Positions 9,437-18,091 of a stretch of 64,000 nt of DNA are shown here, piece by piece; the first letter of the stretch is position 1, and each line of letters starts with the position of its first letter. The notes under the pieces were generated by a model, which searched no databases, had not been told where the DNA came from, and worked only from the letters and a program-made list of their open reading frames with translations. Both the position numbers and the translations under genes were made by a program. This stretch comes from an uncultured Candidatus Saccharibacteria bacterium (GTDB taxonomy: Bacteria; Patescibacteriota; Minisyncoccia; Phycocordibacterales; PALSA-1337): the NCBI GenBank assembly GCA_964495685.1, contig CAZBVQ010000003.1:4824-68823 (forward strand). Reading direction: 5' to 3'.

Positions 9437-10053
9437 TGAAAAAACTCCTCTCATTACTAATAATCACAAGTGTCCTAGTAATAGGGGTGTTTGGTTTTAC
9501 CTCGATGAATCATGGGACCAATCACACTACCGGTTGTATTGCCTCAGCCGTAGACAATACGCCATGTCCGGAAAACATCGCAGCAATGTCGGTCCACCAT
9601 ATACAGGCATTCGTTTCATTCTTCAGCGTGATCCCGTCAATTCCGTTTATCTTTCTGCTCGCATTTCTTTTGGCAGTATTTCTCAGCATAGGATTCGTTT
9701 ATATAAAACGACAGGATTCGCTCTTAGCTAATCTTGCATTTTGGCGAATTCAGCACGATCCTGAACGTGCCCTCACTCGCCCAAGTGAAATTACTCGCTG
9801 GCTTTCTCTATTTGAAAACAGTCCTTCGATGCATAGAATTTTCATTATCAATTCTAATCTCATAAATCTATGCAAACAAAAAAGTCTAAGGAAAATAAAA
9901 AACATAAAACTATCGATCCAGAAGTGGCATTCGATCTTGTCTGCGGAATGGAGCTTGATGCAGACGGCATTAAGGCAACTGCAGACTACAAAGGTAAGAC
10001 CTATTACTTTTGTGCTATCCACTGCAAGAATCACTTTACAGCCGATCCTGTGA
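9436..10053 (+). CDS. membrane protein. The N-terminal ~110 aa are credible (signal/TM helices); the 3' half overlaps the YHS ORF in another frame and is probably a spurious extension or a frameshift.
   Basis: N-terminus MKKLLSLLIITSVLVIGVFG...IPSIPFIFLLAFLLAVFLSIGF is membrane-like. The C-terminal portion is compositionally random and overlaps 9870-10070. Confidence 0.3.
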   Translation: MKKLLSLLIITSVLVIGVFGFTSMNHGTNHTTGCIASAVDNTPCPENIAAMSVHHIQAFVSFFSVIPSIPFIFLLAFLLAVFLSIGFVYIKRQDSLLANLAFWRIQHDPERALTRPSEITRWLSLFENSPSMHRIFIINSNLINLCKQKSLRKIKNIKLSIQKWHSILSAEWSLMQTALRQLQTTKVRPITFVLSTARITLQPIL

Positions 10054-10070
10054 AGTATGCCGGAGAGTAA
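9870..10070 (+). CDS. YHS-domain (TRASH-like) metal-binding protein
   Basis: DPVCGM-like (DLVCGM)...TYYFCAIHCKNHFTADP matches the YHS motif found next to copper ATPases. Confidence 0.7.
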   Translation: MQTKKSKENKKHKTIDPEVAFDLVCGMELDADGIKATADYKGKTYYFCAIHCKNHFTADPVKYAGE

Positions 10071-10092
10071 CTTATTAATCTAACTACAAAAT

Positions 10093-10734
10093 ATGAACAA
10101 CCAAAACAACAAAATATTATATGGAATCGGCGGAATTGTTATCGGAATTCTCCTTGTCTCAGTGCTCACTCCAATGTTTCGATATGGTGGATACGGAATG
10201 ATGAACTGGAGAAGTAACTCCGTATCGGACCAGAGAGTGAGTGGAAACACTCAGGTGGCCGGTACAATCGACAAGCACTTCATCGAGCAGATGATCCCTC
10301 ACCATGATGGAGCTATCGCTATGGCAAATCTTGCACTCCAGAAAGCTAAGCGTCCGGAGATTAAAACCTTGGCTACGGCTATCATTGCAGCTCAGACAAC
10401 GGAGATTCAAAGTATGAACGGCTGGTATCAGGACTGGTTCGGAAGTACTGTTCCGAAGGTAAGTACCGGAATGATGGGTGGAGGCATGATGTCACAGAGC
10501 GGAATGCACATGGGCGGACAGGAAGATATGACTGCACTAGAAAATGCATCTGATTTTGACGAGGCATTTATCGAAGAGATGATTCCTCATCATCAGTTGG
10601 CGATCATGATGGCAAATATGCTTCAGTCAGGGACCAACCGACCTGAGATGCAGCAGCTCGCAAAGAACATCATCTCATCTCAATCAAAAGAAATTCAGCA
10701 AATGCAGGCTTGGTATACCCAGTGGTACAAATAA
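10093..10734 (+). CDS. DUF305-family protein (two repeats of the MIPHHxxAIxMA motif), copper-resistance associated
   Basis: QMIPHHDGAIAMANLAL... and EMIPHHQLAIMMANMLQ repeats, with an N-terminal TM anchor. Confidence 0.8.
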   Translation: MNNQNNKILYGIGGIVIGILLVSVLTPMFRYGGYGMMNWRSNSVSDQRVSGNTQVAGTIDKHFIEQMIPHHDGAIAMANLALQKAKRPEIKTLATAIIAAQTTEIQSMNGWYQDWFGSTVPKVSTGMMGGGMMSQSGMHMGGQEDMTALENASDFDEAFIEEMIPHHQLAIMMANMLQSGTNRPEMQQLAKNIISSQSKEIQQMQAWYTQWYK

Positions 10735-10766
10735 ACTTATTAAAAAATAATTAAACATAAAAATAT

Positions 10767-10988
10767 ATGAAACTATCAAAAGTAATGCATGTAGGAAGTG
10801 TTATCACAGGTTTTGTTGGAGTAATAGTATTTATAGGAACACTCATCGGCGGTGGCGACAATCTAGTGTTTGGAATTACAAAAATGGATGCATTAGCGTG
10901 TTCTGCGATTCTTATCCTTATCGCCACATGGCTTCAGATCGCAACCATCCATCACATGATGCTTGAGAAAAAGGGAGAGATTGTGTAA
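10767..10988 (+). CDS. small membrane protein
   Basis: 73-aa ORF with two hydrophobic helices. Confidence 0.4.
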   Translation: MKLSKVMHVGSVITGFVGVIVFIGTLIGGGDNLVFGITKMDALACSAILILIATWLQIATIHHMMLEKKGEIV

Positions 10989-11009
10989 TCAAGAGAAATA
11001 TTATCAATC

Positions 11010-12029
11010 ATGAAAACACTAACCTTCCACGTACATGGCATGCACTGCAACGCTTGTGTGCTCATGACAGAAAGCGAGCTTGGAGACTTGCCTAATATCA
11101 CTCACGTTAAATCGAGCCTTAAGAATCATTCAGTAGAAGTTACCGGAGACTTTGGAGATAAGACACAGGAACAAATTGCTGAAGAACTTACTGTTCCACT
11201 GAAGCCTCATGGCTACACAGTCTCAGTAGAAAAACAACAGCACAATGCTAAATGGGGAGACTTCAAGATTGCAGTACCTATAGCACTCGGCTTTGCGGTG
11301 CTCTTTGTGGTGCTACAGAAAATGGGAATAGTAAATCTGGTCAGTGCTGGCAATGTAACCTACGGCACAGCATTTGTGATCGGCATCATTGCGTCACTTT
11401 CAACCTGCATGGCGGTCGTCGGCGGGCTGGTCCTCTCGATGTCTGCAACGTTTGCCAAAGAAGGTGACAAGATAAAACCTCAACTCATGTTCCATGGGGG
11501 CCGTATAGCCTCATTCTTTATTCTTGGTGGAGTGATAGGTGCAATAGGATCGGCGTTTACGCTCAACACCTCGGCAACATTTATCCTGAGCCTGATTATT
11601 GGCATCGTCATGCTCATTCTCGGTATTAATCTTCTCGATACATTCCACTGGGCCAAGAAACTTCAGCCGTCCATGCCGAAGTTCATTGCCAAGCATGCGC
11701 ATGGCGTTTCTAAATTCAATCACACGCTCACTCCACTCCTTGTAGGTGTCGCAACATTCTTCTTGCCGTGCGGATTCACTCAATCAATGCAGTTATATAC
11801 ACTTAGCACAGGAAGCTTTATCACCGGAGGTCTCACCATGCTGGCTTTCGCACTGGGTACACTGCCGGTCCTTGCACTCATTAGCTTCAGCTCGTTCAGT
11901 ATTCAAAAAAGTTCAAAGGCGGGAGTCTTCTTCAAGACAGCAGGATTGATCGTCATCATGTTTGCGCTCTTCAACCTCATTAATAGCTTGGTCGTGATTG
12001 GGGTTATACCACCAGTCTTTAATTTCTAG
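11010..12029 (+). CDS. HMA-domain (GMHCNAC) protein fused to a multi-helix membrane domain (DsbD/CcdA- or TauE-like)
   Basis: N-terminal heavy-metal-associated fold with an MxCxxC-type motif, followed by 6+ TM helices. Located in the copper cassette. Confidence 0.65.
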   Translation: MKTLTFHVHGMHCNACVLMTESELGDLPNITHVKSSLKNHSVEVTGDFGDKTQEQIAEELTVPLKPHGYTVSVEKQQHNAKWGDFKIAVPIALGFAVLFVVLQKMGIVNLVSAGNVTYGTAFVIGIIASLSTCMAVVGGLVLSMSATFAKEGDKIKPQLMFHGGRIASFFILGGVIGAIGSAFTLNTSATFILSLIIGIVMLILGINLLDTFHWAKKLQPSMPKFIAKHAHGVSKFNHTLTPLLVGVATFFLPCGFTQSMQLYTLSTGSFITGGLTMLAFALGTLPVLALISFSSFSIQKSSKAGVFFKTAGLIVIMFALFNLINSLVVIGVIPPVFNF

Positions 12030-12042
12030 TATAATTCCAATT

Positions 12043-12432
12043 ATGAAAGCAACTATTATTTCAGTCATTGTGGCAGTGGTCCTCATCGGGGGAGCTTTTA
12101 TGCTTACCAGAAGTGGTGGTGATACTGCACAAGTAGCAAATGCAAACAACGTTACTGTTGTAGACGGAAAACAAATCATAGAGATAAGTGCCAAAGGCGG
12201 TTATCAGCCACGAAAGAGTATTGCTAAGGCAGGTATCCCAACTGTCATCCGGTTCAACACAAAAGGAACCTTTGATTGCTCATCATCGGTCCGCATTCCA
12301 AGTATAGGTATAAGCAAATCGCTTCCACAGACAGGATCAACAGATATTGATATTGGAACTCAGAAAGTAGCAACCCTTCAGGGAACTTGCGGAATGGGAA
12401 TGTATCCTTTTGAGGTAGAGTTTCAGAGCTAG
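12043..12432 (+). CDS. cupredoxin-like (PF13473-type) copper-binding protein, TM-anchored
   Basis: QIIEISAKGGYQP...IRFNTKGTFDCSSS...TCGMGMYPFEVEF resembles single-domain cupredoxin_1 proteins of cop operons. Start chosen at the MKATII ATG. Confidence 0.55.
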   Translation: MKATIISVIVAVVLIGGAFMLTRSGGDTAQVANANNVTVVDGKQIIEISAKGGYQPRKSIAKAGIPTVIRFNTKGTFDCSSSVRIPSIGISKSLPQTGSTDIDIGTQKVATLQGTCGMGMYPFEVEFQS

Positions 12433-12439
12433 TTTTTGA

Positions 12440-13342
12440 TTAAGAAGACTTAGGATGAAACGAGTGTAAATTCTCAATGTGCTGAGAGGGTGTGATATCT
12501 GCGGTTTGGCAAACATATGAAAGCTTCCCAAGTATCAAATGAAGATTTTCTTCTGACAGTTTTGCGTCGGTATGTTTTTGAATGCATCCCACAATTTCTT
12601 CTGAGTGGACAACATTCTCAATTGACTCTGTCTTGAATTCACATGAGTCAGTAAATACAACTATGCTTCGGAAAGCATTCTCTGGAATAGACGGCATAAG
12701 TAACTTGAGAGACATAATATGGGACCAGTTTTGTCGTATAGGATTCTGAAATTGGAATTTGTTCTTTCCGCCAGGCAATGACTGAGTCCAATTATCTTGG
12801 TCCTTGTTGCCAAATATCCATCCTTTGTAATCCTTACTCTCGATTACGAAGATACCGAACTTTGATACAACCAAGTGGTCAATCTGAGACGATCCGTTGT
12901 GGTCCGAAGGGATGGTTAGGTTATTGAAGATAAAATAGTCTTTATAGCTCAAACCCTCAGCGAGGATATGTGCAATTTCTTGTTCTCCGTCAGTGAGTCC
13001 ATCCATATAGCATTTGCAACCATGCTTCTCACTGTTCACAGCTGCAACTTGGTCCTTACTTGCACCAGCTGGGATGTATAGATTATTAGAGATCGGACTT
13101 TTAGACCGGTTTTTAATTTTCCTGATTACCCAAACAATACCGCCAAGTATCAGACCCCAGACAAGTATCTTTCCTAGTATTCCTATAAAATTGCCAGATG
13201 TGATTGATGATATGGACCCGAGAAGAATAAATGCAGCTCCGATAATAAAGATCCCTTTTAATGGTTCGAAGGGTTGGCTGTAATTCCCGTAACGTCGTCG
13301 TCGGTAATAATATGGTTTTCGATAATTGCGGTAGTAGCTCAT
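12440..13342 (-). CDS. NERD (nuclease-related domain) protein with N-terminal TM segment
   Basis: SQIDHLVVSKFGIFVIESKDYKGWIFG is the NERD core motif. An N-terminal hydrophobic helix follows a Tyr/Arg-rich tail. Confidence 0.65.
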   Translation of the reverse strand: MSYYRNYRKPYYYRRRRYGNYSQPFEPLKGIFIIGAAFILLGSISSITSGNFIGILGKILVWGLILGGIVWVIRKIKNRSKSPISNNLYIPAGASKDQVAAVNSEKHGCKCYMDGLTDGEQEIAHILAEGLSYKDYFIFNNLTIPSDHNGSSQIDHLVVSKFGIFVIESKDYKGWIFGNKDQDNWTQSLPGGKNKFQFQNPIRQNWSHIMSLKLLMPSIPENAFRSIVVFTDSCEFKTESIENVVHSEEIVGCIQKHTDAKLSEENLHLILGKLSYVCQTADITPSQHIENLHSFHPKSS

Positions 13343-13433
13343 TGATTATTCTTGTTAAGACAATTATAACCGAAATCAGACAAATAGACTTAAATCAGAA
13401 ACCTTTATATAAAAGCAAAAATATGGTAAAACA

Positions 13434-13799
13434 ATGGAAAATATCATGACTCTAATAAAACAATTAATATTACAAACAATTGAACAAAATGATGGTCATT
13501 GTGACTGGAAAATAATTAAACCGAAAGTTGGTGCATATCACTTCGCACATAAGATCTCAATTCCAACGGATAAACAGATAACACATCAAGCTTATTTACT
13601 TGAGCAGGCTGGAGCTGTAGAGCGGATTGTAGAAATGCCAGTAGGTATTTTCTACAGAATTACTCCATGGGGCCACGCACTACTTGGGCCGTTACATAAA
13701 AGGATTGGTTATTTTCTCCTCTATAAAAAGAACAACCTCTTTGCTCTTAGTGCCTTAGTTATATCAATCATCTCTTTAATTTTTTCAATACTTAAATGA
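13434..13799 (+). CDS. hypothetical protein
   Basis: 121-aa ORF divergent from the NERD gene. C-terminal hydrophobic helix. Confidence 0.4.
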   Translation: MENIMTLIKQLILQTIEQNDGHCDWKIIKPKVGAYHFAHKISIPTDKQITHQAYLLEQAGAVERIVEMPVGIFYRITPWGHALLGPLHKRIGYFLLYKKNNLFALSALVISIISLIFSILK

Positions 13800-14986
13800 G
13801 GAGAGTAATTATCATACATCGCTGGGAGGGAGGATCACATGACGACTGGCGTCCATGGCTTAAATCTGAACTTGAAAAGATTGGGTATGAAGTACTTGTA
13901 CCTGATATGCCGGATACCAATACACCGGTGATTGAAAAATGGGTTTCAAAAATAAAAGAGGTTGTTGGTGAACCAGACGGAGACACTTATTTCATAGGGC
14001 ATTCAATTGGCTGCCAAGCCATTCTTAGATATTTGCAAACTGTAGATACTCCAGTAGGCGGAGCGGTGTTTGTGGCAGGTTGGTTTAATCTCAGTAACTT
14101 GGAATCTGATGAAGTAAAAGAAATTGCTAAGCCATGGATAGAAATGCCGATGGATATTGATAAGTTAAGGACTATCCTACACCGATCTACATTACTCATT
14201 TCTGACAATGATCCTTATGGTTACTTCGAGGAAAATAAGCAGAAGTTTGGAATGTTAAAGTCCGAAATGAAAATTATCCACAATGGAGGACACCTTACGG
14301 CAGAAGATGGGTATTCTGAATTTCCGCAGATTATCTCTGAACTGAAAAGCATTGTAATAAAGCAATATTTCCAAATCACAACTGACAGAATGTTTACAGC
14401 TCTGGAATCCTTTCATCTATGGAAAAAGATGAATATGCTAATGAATGTAAATGAAGTTGGTCCAGAAGTTGCACAGAAGAATGTCGATATTTTTAGGAAG
14501 CACTGGGATTTTTTCCATCCGGTCATGGCTGGGGCTTATAAAATGTTTATTATTGATCTTTCAATCTTTTTCGATGCTGAAAAATATGAAGACACGTTTT
14601 CGCTGCATAAGCTTGTTGAGTCTATAAAGGAAAATATCAGTGAATCCGAGTATAAGGACCTGCTTCAAAAAATAAAAGATATAAAGAAAAAACATGGACC
14701 AGCAATTAACCTCCTTCTTACCTTAAGAAATAGTGATGTTGCTCATCAGAAGATGGAGAAGAAAAAGCGCCTTATCATCTATAAAGAGATTGAGGATTTA
14801 TTTATTGGTGTTCAAGAAATCCTCAATCTTTTGAGCAAATACTTTAATGGAGCCTATACCATGTGGGATCATGTAGGTAAAAATGTCGAGCATGGGACCG
14901 AGTGGGTAATGGAAAATTTGGAAAGGGGAGAAAAGGATAGATTAAAAGAGATCGAGGAAAAGTATAAAGTTGATCTGGGTGCTTAA
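13796..14986 (+). CDS. YdeN/RBBP9-family serine hydrolase (aa 1-190) fused to a ~200-aa C-terminal HEPN-like domain
   Basis: The N-terminus aligns well to B. subtilis YdeN (IIIHRWEGGSHDDWRPWL..., nucleophile in GHSIG, ...IIHNGGHL). The C-terminal extension contains R311-x5-H317 (LRNSDVAHQK) in a predicted helical context. Confidence 0.6.
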   Translation: MRRVIIIHRWEGGSHDDWRPWLKSELEKIGYEVLVPDMPDTNTPVIEKWVSKIKEVVGEPDGDTYFIGHSIGCQAILRYLQTVDTPVGGAVFVAGWFNLSNLESDEVKEIAKPWIEMPMDIDKLRTILHRSTLLISDNDPYGYFEENKQKFGMLKSEMKIIHNGGHLTAEDGYSEFPQIISELKSIVIKQYFQITTDRMFTALESFHLWKKMNMLMNVNEVGPEVAQKNVDIFRKHWDFFHPVMAGAYKMFIIDLSIFFDAEKYEDTFSLHKLVESIKENISESEYKDLLQKIKDIKKKHGPAINLLLTLRNSDVAHQKMEKKKRLIIYKEIEDLFIGVQEILNLLSKYFNGAYTMWDHVGKNVEHGTEWVMENLERGEKDRLKEIEEKYKVDLGA

Positions 14987-15105
14987 GCGAAACCAATAGA
15001 TAAGCGTTCTTTTTCGACCTTTTTTGCCCTATTTCACCCTATTTGCCCTAACGCTAGGCCAGATTAGGCCGAAAAGAGCCGAAAAGAGCCAAAATTACCC
15101 AAGAA

Positions 15106-15196
15106 CTGCTATACTTTGCATGTCAGGAATGTAGATCGTCGCATCATTCCTTTTCTCAAATATAGTTCTAACTTCCTCTACGACGGCACCCCACGC
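15106..15196 (+). repeat. ~90-bp direct repeat, copy A (contains hairpin AGGAATGtagatcgtcgcatCATTCCT)
   Basis: About 85% identical to copy B at 15802-15890. The two copies flank ORF 15236-15799. Confidence 0.7.
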
Positions 15197-15235
15197 TTAG
15201 AATAGGGCTTCATTAGGAGGCGGTGGTATTTTCTA

Positions 15236-15799
15236 TTGTGTTATAATTTCATTATGAAAAATTTTTCCACACTTATTTTCCTTTTGACTCTTATAATGTT
15301 GGGTATTTTTGGTTACTTGAAAATATTTAACGAAGCGGGAAACTCATTTAACTATTGGTACATACTAATCTTTGCGGTTGCGTATTTTGTTATTTGGGCA
15401 TGTGTACCTTTGGCTGAAGGGTTGCAAAGGAGGGGACGAATTAGAATGTTCGAAGACATTTCCCACAAATATGGTCTGAAACATGAATTCACTAAACTCC
15501 GATACCTCAATTCTTATGGCGAATTCAACAAACTCTCTGGTACATATAAAAATCATTCCGTTCTTATCAGGGATGTACATGATAAGCCGAAGGCGTGGCA
15601 TGGGGCGACAAGTCAAATACCCATAAAGGGAGTCGCGCTATCTTTTGGTCCACAGAAGACCCTGTACGCAATAGACGGTGAAGAAAAGCGTTTTCCACAG
15701 GAGCTTAATAATCTCAAACAGATATTTGATCCAAAATCAGGATATGCCAGCAAAGAACAGATAGTTACTGCACTTGAAGGATCAGCTTTTTTGTCCTAA
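15236..15799 (+). CDS. hypothetical membrane protein (2 N-terminal TM helices + cytoplasmic domain)
   Basis: 187-aa ORF, AT-rich. Flanked by the 90-bp direct repeats. Confidence 0.5.
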   Translation: MCYNFIMKNFSTLIFLLTLIMLGIFGYLKIFNEAGNSFNYWYILIFAVAYFVIWACVPLAEGLQRRGRIRMFEDISHKYGLKHEFTKLRYLNSYGEFNKLSGTYKNHSVLIRDVHDKPKAWHGATSQIPIKGVALSFGPQKTLYAIDGEEKRFPQELNNLKQIFDPKSGYASKEQIVTALEGSAFLS

Positions 15800-15801
15800 A
15801 A

Positions 15802-15890
15802 CTGCCTACTTTGCATATTAGGAATGTAAATCGTCGCGTCATTCCTTCTCTCGAAAATAGTTCTAACATCCTCTACGGCGGCACCCCACG
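15802..15890 (+). repeat. ~90-bp direct repeat, copy B
   Basis: ctgcctactttgcatattaggaatgtaaatcgtcgcgtcattccttctctcgaaaatagttctaacatcctctacggcggcaccccacg matches copy A. Confidence 0.7.
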
Positions 15891-16083
15891 TGAGAGAATT
15901 AGTTCAAAAAAATCATGGCTTGGCCCTATTTCATTGACCCTCAGAAAACAAAGATGGATCTAAAAAATTCATCCAAATTTTTCAGGTATTTTCTAGTGCC
16001 TCTTTTAGTAATAATACTGGCGACCACGGTAATAAGAATGATGACTATGTAGACGGGGTAGGGGAATCAGGTTGTCGCACCCA

Positions 16084-16112
16084 TTGACACACACCATCTT
16101 TCAGTGTATATT
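16084..16112 (+). promoter_or_regulatory. sigma70-like promoter TTGACA-N17-TATATT
   Basis: Consensus -35 and near-consensus -10 elements lie ~50 nt upstream of the TTG start at 16162, with an AAAGGAA RBS. Confidence 0.55.
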
Positions 16113-16161
16113 ATAACCTGAACAATTTCAGGAAAACTCCACAAAACAAAGGAACCTTCCA

Positions 16162-16788
16162 TTGAAAACAACTGTTAGTACTCTGACCCCATTCAACTTC
16201 GGACTCGTCATTGCTGGCCTCATCATCATGATGGTCGGCTTGCACCGCATCAGTCCGTTCAAGCTCGACAAAGCATTCTGGATCCAGAATGGTCCGCTCG
16301 TGGTCATCTTGGCCATTGCGTTCTATTTCTTCCGGCTCGCCAACATGGCCAATGGTTTTACCAACTGGGCTGGTGCAGCAGTGGGACTTTCGTCTCGATT
16401 TGTGCCGCTCATGGTCCTCCTCATCTTGGTGATGAGCATCGGCTCGATTGTCATGAAGGTGTATGACAAGCAAGTCGAACGGCTTCTCATCGAAAGCCCG
16501 ACGGCCGTACCACTGGTTGGCACCTTCATCATGCCCACACCGAGTGCGGGTGCACCCATTGTCGAAAGATTGTGGGGCAACAAGGAATTGAGGCCGATGT
16601 TTCTCTACTTCCTCCAAGCAGCATCGTTGGCGAGCATCCCGCTCTTCATGATGCGGCGGATGGGGATTCACAGTAGTGAAATCACGTCGAAAATGTACAT
16701 CACCGGTTTCATTATGGCCGTGGTGACATTCCCGCTTCGTGTCCCACTCTGTCGACTGACGGAGTTTATCTACAACAAGTTCCTTTAG
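16162..16788 (+). CDS. polytopic membrane protein (TTG start)
   Basis: 208-aa ORF with 5-6 hydrophobic helices. Preferred over the antisense His-rich ORF 16111-16671. Confidence 0.55.
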   Translation: MKTTVSTLTPFNFGLVIAGLIIMMVGLHRISPFKLDKAFWIQNGPLVVILAIAFYFFRLANMANGFTNWAGAAVGLSSRFVPLMVLLILVMSIGSIVMKVYDKQVERLLIESPTAVPLVGTFIMPTPSAGAPIVERLWGNKELRPMFLYFLQAASLASIPLFMMRRMGIHSSEITSKMYITGFIMAVVTFPLRVPLCRLTEFIYNKFL

Positions 16789-16836
16789 TGTCCTCGTTGG
16801 ACTCAGGCCCGTGCGCTCACCAGTGCGCGGGTTTTT

Positions 16837-17421
16837 TTATTTCTTGAATACGTCACAGGCTTCTTGGTATACATGAGCGAGTCGTGTAGTGATAGGGCAA
16901 TCAAGCAGTGTGCGTACCGTCTGGAGCACCTCCCCATAGAACCACATCTTCTTGTCCATCGATGCGCTAAATGATCCCGAGAACGCGTCTCCATGTAATC
17001 GTTTGAGCTGAATCAGCGATTGAAGGTTGTGAATACTATCAGCTGCGCAAACAATAAGCGCCTTCCGAGGCGCCTTCCGAAGTTTGTCGAGATATCCTCG
17101 TTTGCGCCATTCCCAATTTTGCTTGAGTTGTTCGAGACTGTCAGTAGCCGTTTTGTTCTCGGTGAGAGAGACGACAATCTCCGTAATACGTTCACCGAAA
17201 TCTTTTCGCATTATTTCTTCGGGGTATCCGTCAGCGTCCTCGATAACATCGTGGAGCAATGCCGCACAGAATGTCTCCTCGTCGGGCTCGTGCTGTGCAG
17301 TGATAAGTGCTACAGAGTAGGGGTGGACAATATACGGTAGGTCGAGCCCTATCCGCTGATGAGATGCGTGGCACCGTGCGGCCACGTCGATCGCGCGTTG
17401 TGTCTGTTGTGTGAAAATCAT
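16837..17421 (-). CDS. HD-domain (p)ppGpp hydrolase-like protein (RelA/SpoT-type HD, small alarmone hydrolase)
   Basis: YIVHPYSVALITAQHEPDEETFCAALLHDVIEDA matches the SpoT/Mesh1 HD motif. Start placed at the MIFTQQ Met (17421), not at the longer antisense-overlapping ORF start. Confidence 0.7.
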   Translation of the reverse strand: MIFTQQTQRAIDVAARCHASHQRIGLDLPYIVHPYSVALITAQHEPDEETFCAALLHDVIEDADGYPEEIMRKDFGERITEIVVSLTENKTATDSLEQLKQNWEWRKRGYLDKLRKAPRKALIVCAADSIHNLQSLIQLKRLHGDAFSGSFSASMDKKMWFYGEVLQTVRTLLDCPITTRLAHVYQEACDVFKK

Positions 17422-17500
17422 AGAAGAAAAAGTATATCGCATCTCAGAGGGATCGTCTTGTGTGGATAATGTAATACACCACAAAGACGTATACTTAGGT

Positions 17501-18082
17501 ATGTATATGACAAAAACTTCATCGGCTCGAATTCGTCGACGTGCGCGATATGATCTCGTCAAAGACATCGTCTTCATACTTATTGGCGCTGCAATTGCCT
17601 TCATGCTCGCGCGTACAGGAGGGCTCGACATTATTATCTCGTGGTTCGATAATTCAGCAGTGGCGAGCTTCGTAGCGGGCATTTTCTTCACTTCAGCATT
17701 TACTATCGCACCTTCGGCCGTGGCATTGAGTCATATCATCGGACACGCATCGCCTCATACGGTAGCGCTCTGGGGAGGCCTAGGCGCGCTCTGTGGCGAT
17801 CTGGCACTCTTCTTTTTTATCAAGGACCGCTTCGCCGAGGATCTGCGCACGTCATTACGCCCCTCTCTAGTCAAACATGTACTTTCTTCGTTCCATTTGG
17901 GATTCATGAAATGGCTCTCACCATTCTTGGGGGCACTCATTATTGCCTCACCATTACCTGATGAGCTCGGTCTCACACTCATGGGTCTTTCGCGCGTTCG
18001 TCTGGCCATACTTATACCTGTCTCATATGTCATGAATGCAGTCGGTATCTACGCACTTGTCTGGTTTGCCAATACCATGTAG
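17501..18082 (+). CDS. membrane protein (4-5 TM helices)
   Basis: Hydrophobic ORF. Start trimmed to the MYMTKTSS Met. Confidence 0.5.
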   Translation: MYMTKTSSARIRRRARYDLVKDIVFILIGAAIAFMLARTGGLDIIISWFDNSAVASFVAGIFFTSAFTIAPSAVALSHIIGHASPHTVALWGGLGALCGDLALFFFIKDRFAEDLRTSLRPSLVKHVLSSFHLGFMKWLSPFLGALIIASPLPDELGLTLMGLSRVRLAILIPVSYVMNAVGIYALVWFANTM

Positions 18083-18091
18083 AACTAGTAC

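Larger units (their letters stand above)
2978..16060. mobile_element. putative integrated genomic island at tRNA-His. Cargo: serine recombinase, HTH protein, copper-homeostasis cassette, NERD protein, hydrolase-HEPN fusion. Right boundary uncertain.
   Basis: Starts immediately at the 3' end of tRNA-His with a large serine recombinase. The whole stretch is visibly AT-richer than the ~50% GC backbone on both sides. The 90-bp direct repeats at 15106-15196 and 15802-15890 lie near the right end. Confidence 0.4.

Noticed and set aside
14987-15100. Short tandem repeats (ccctattt x2, gccgaaaaga x2) considered as a possible CRISPR/minisatellite
   Set aside because: Only two copies each, 8-10 bp units, no spacers of regular length and no cas genes. 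This is low-complexity intergenic sequence, not a CRISPR array.
16111-16671. 186-aa His/Glu-rich minus-strand ORF
   Set aside because: It is antisense to a convincing multi-helix membrane protein (16162-16788) that has its own promoter and RBS. Its composition (HHEERDARQRCC..., HHQDEEDHERHK) looks like a translated reverse frame, not a real protein.
16803-17691. Long form (284 aa) of the HD-domain ORF starting at 17691
   Set aside because: The first 90 codons overlap the divergent membrane-protein gene and its promoter region and have no homology. The HD domain starts right after the internal Met at 17421, giving a typical ~195-aa small alarmone hydrolase.
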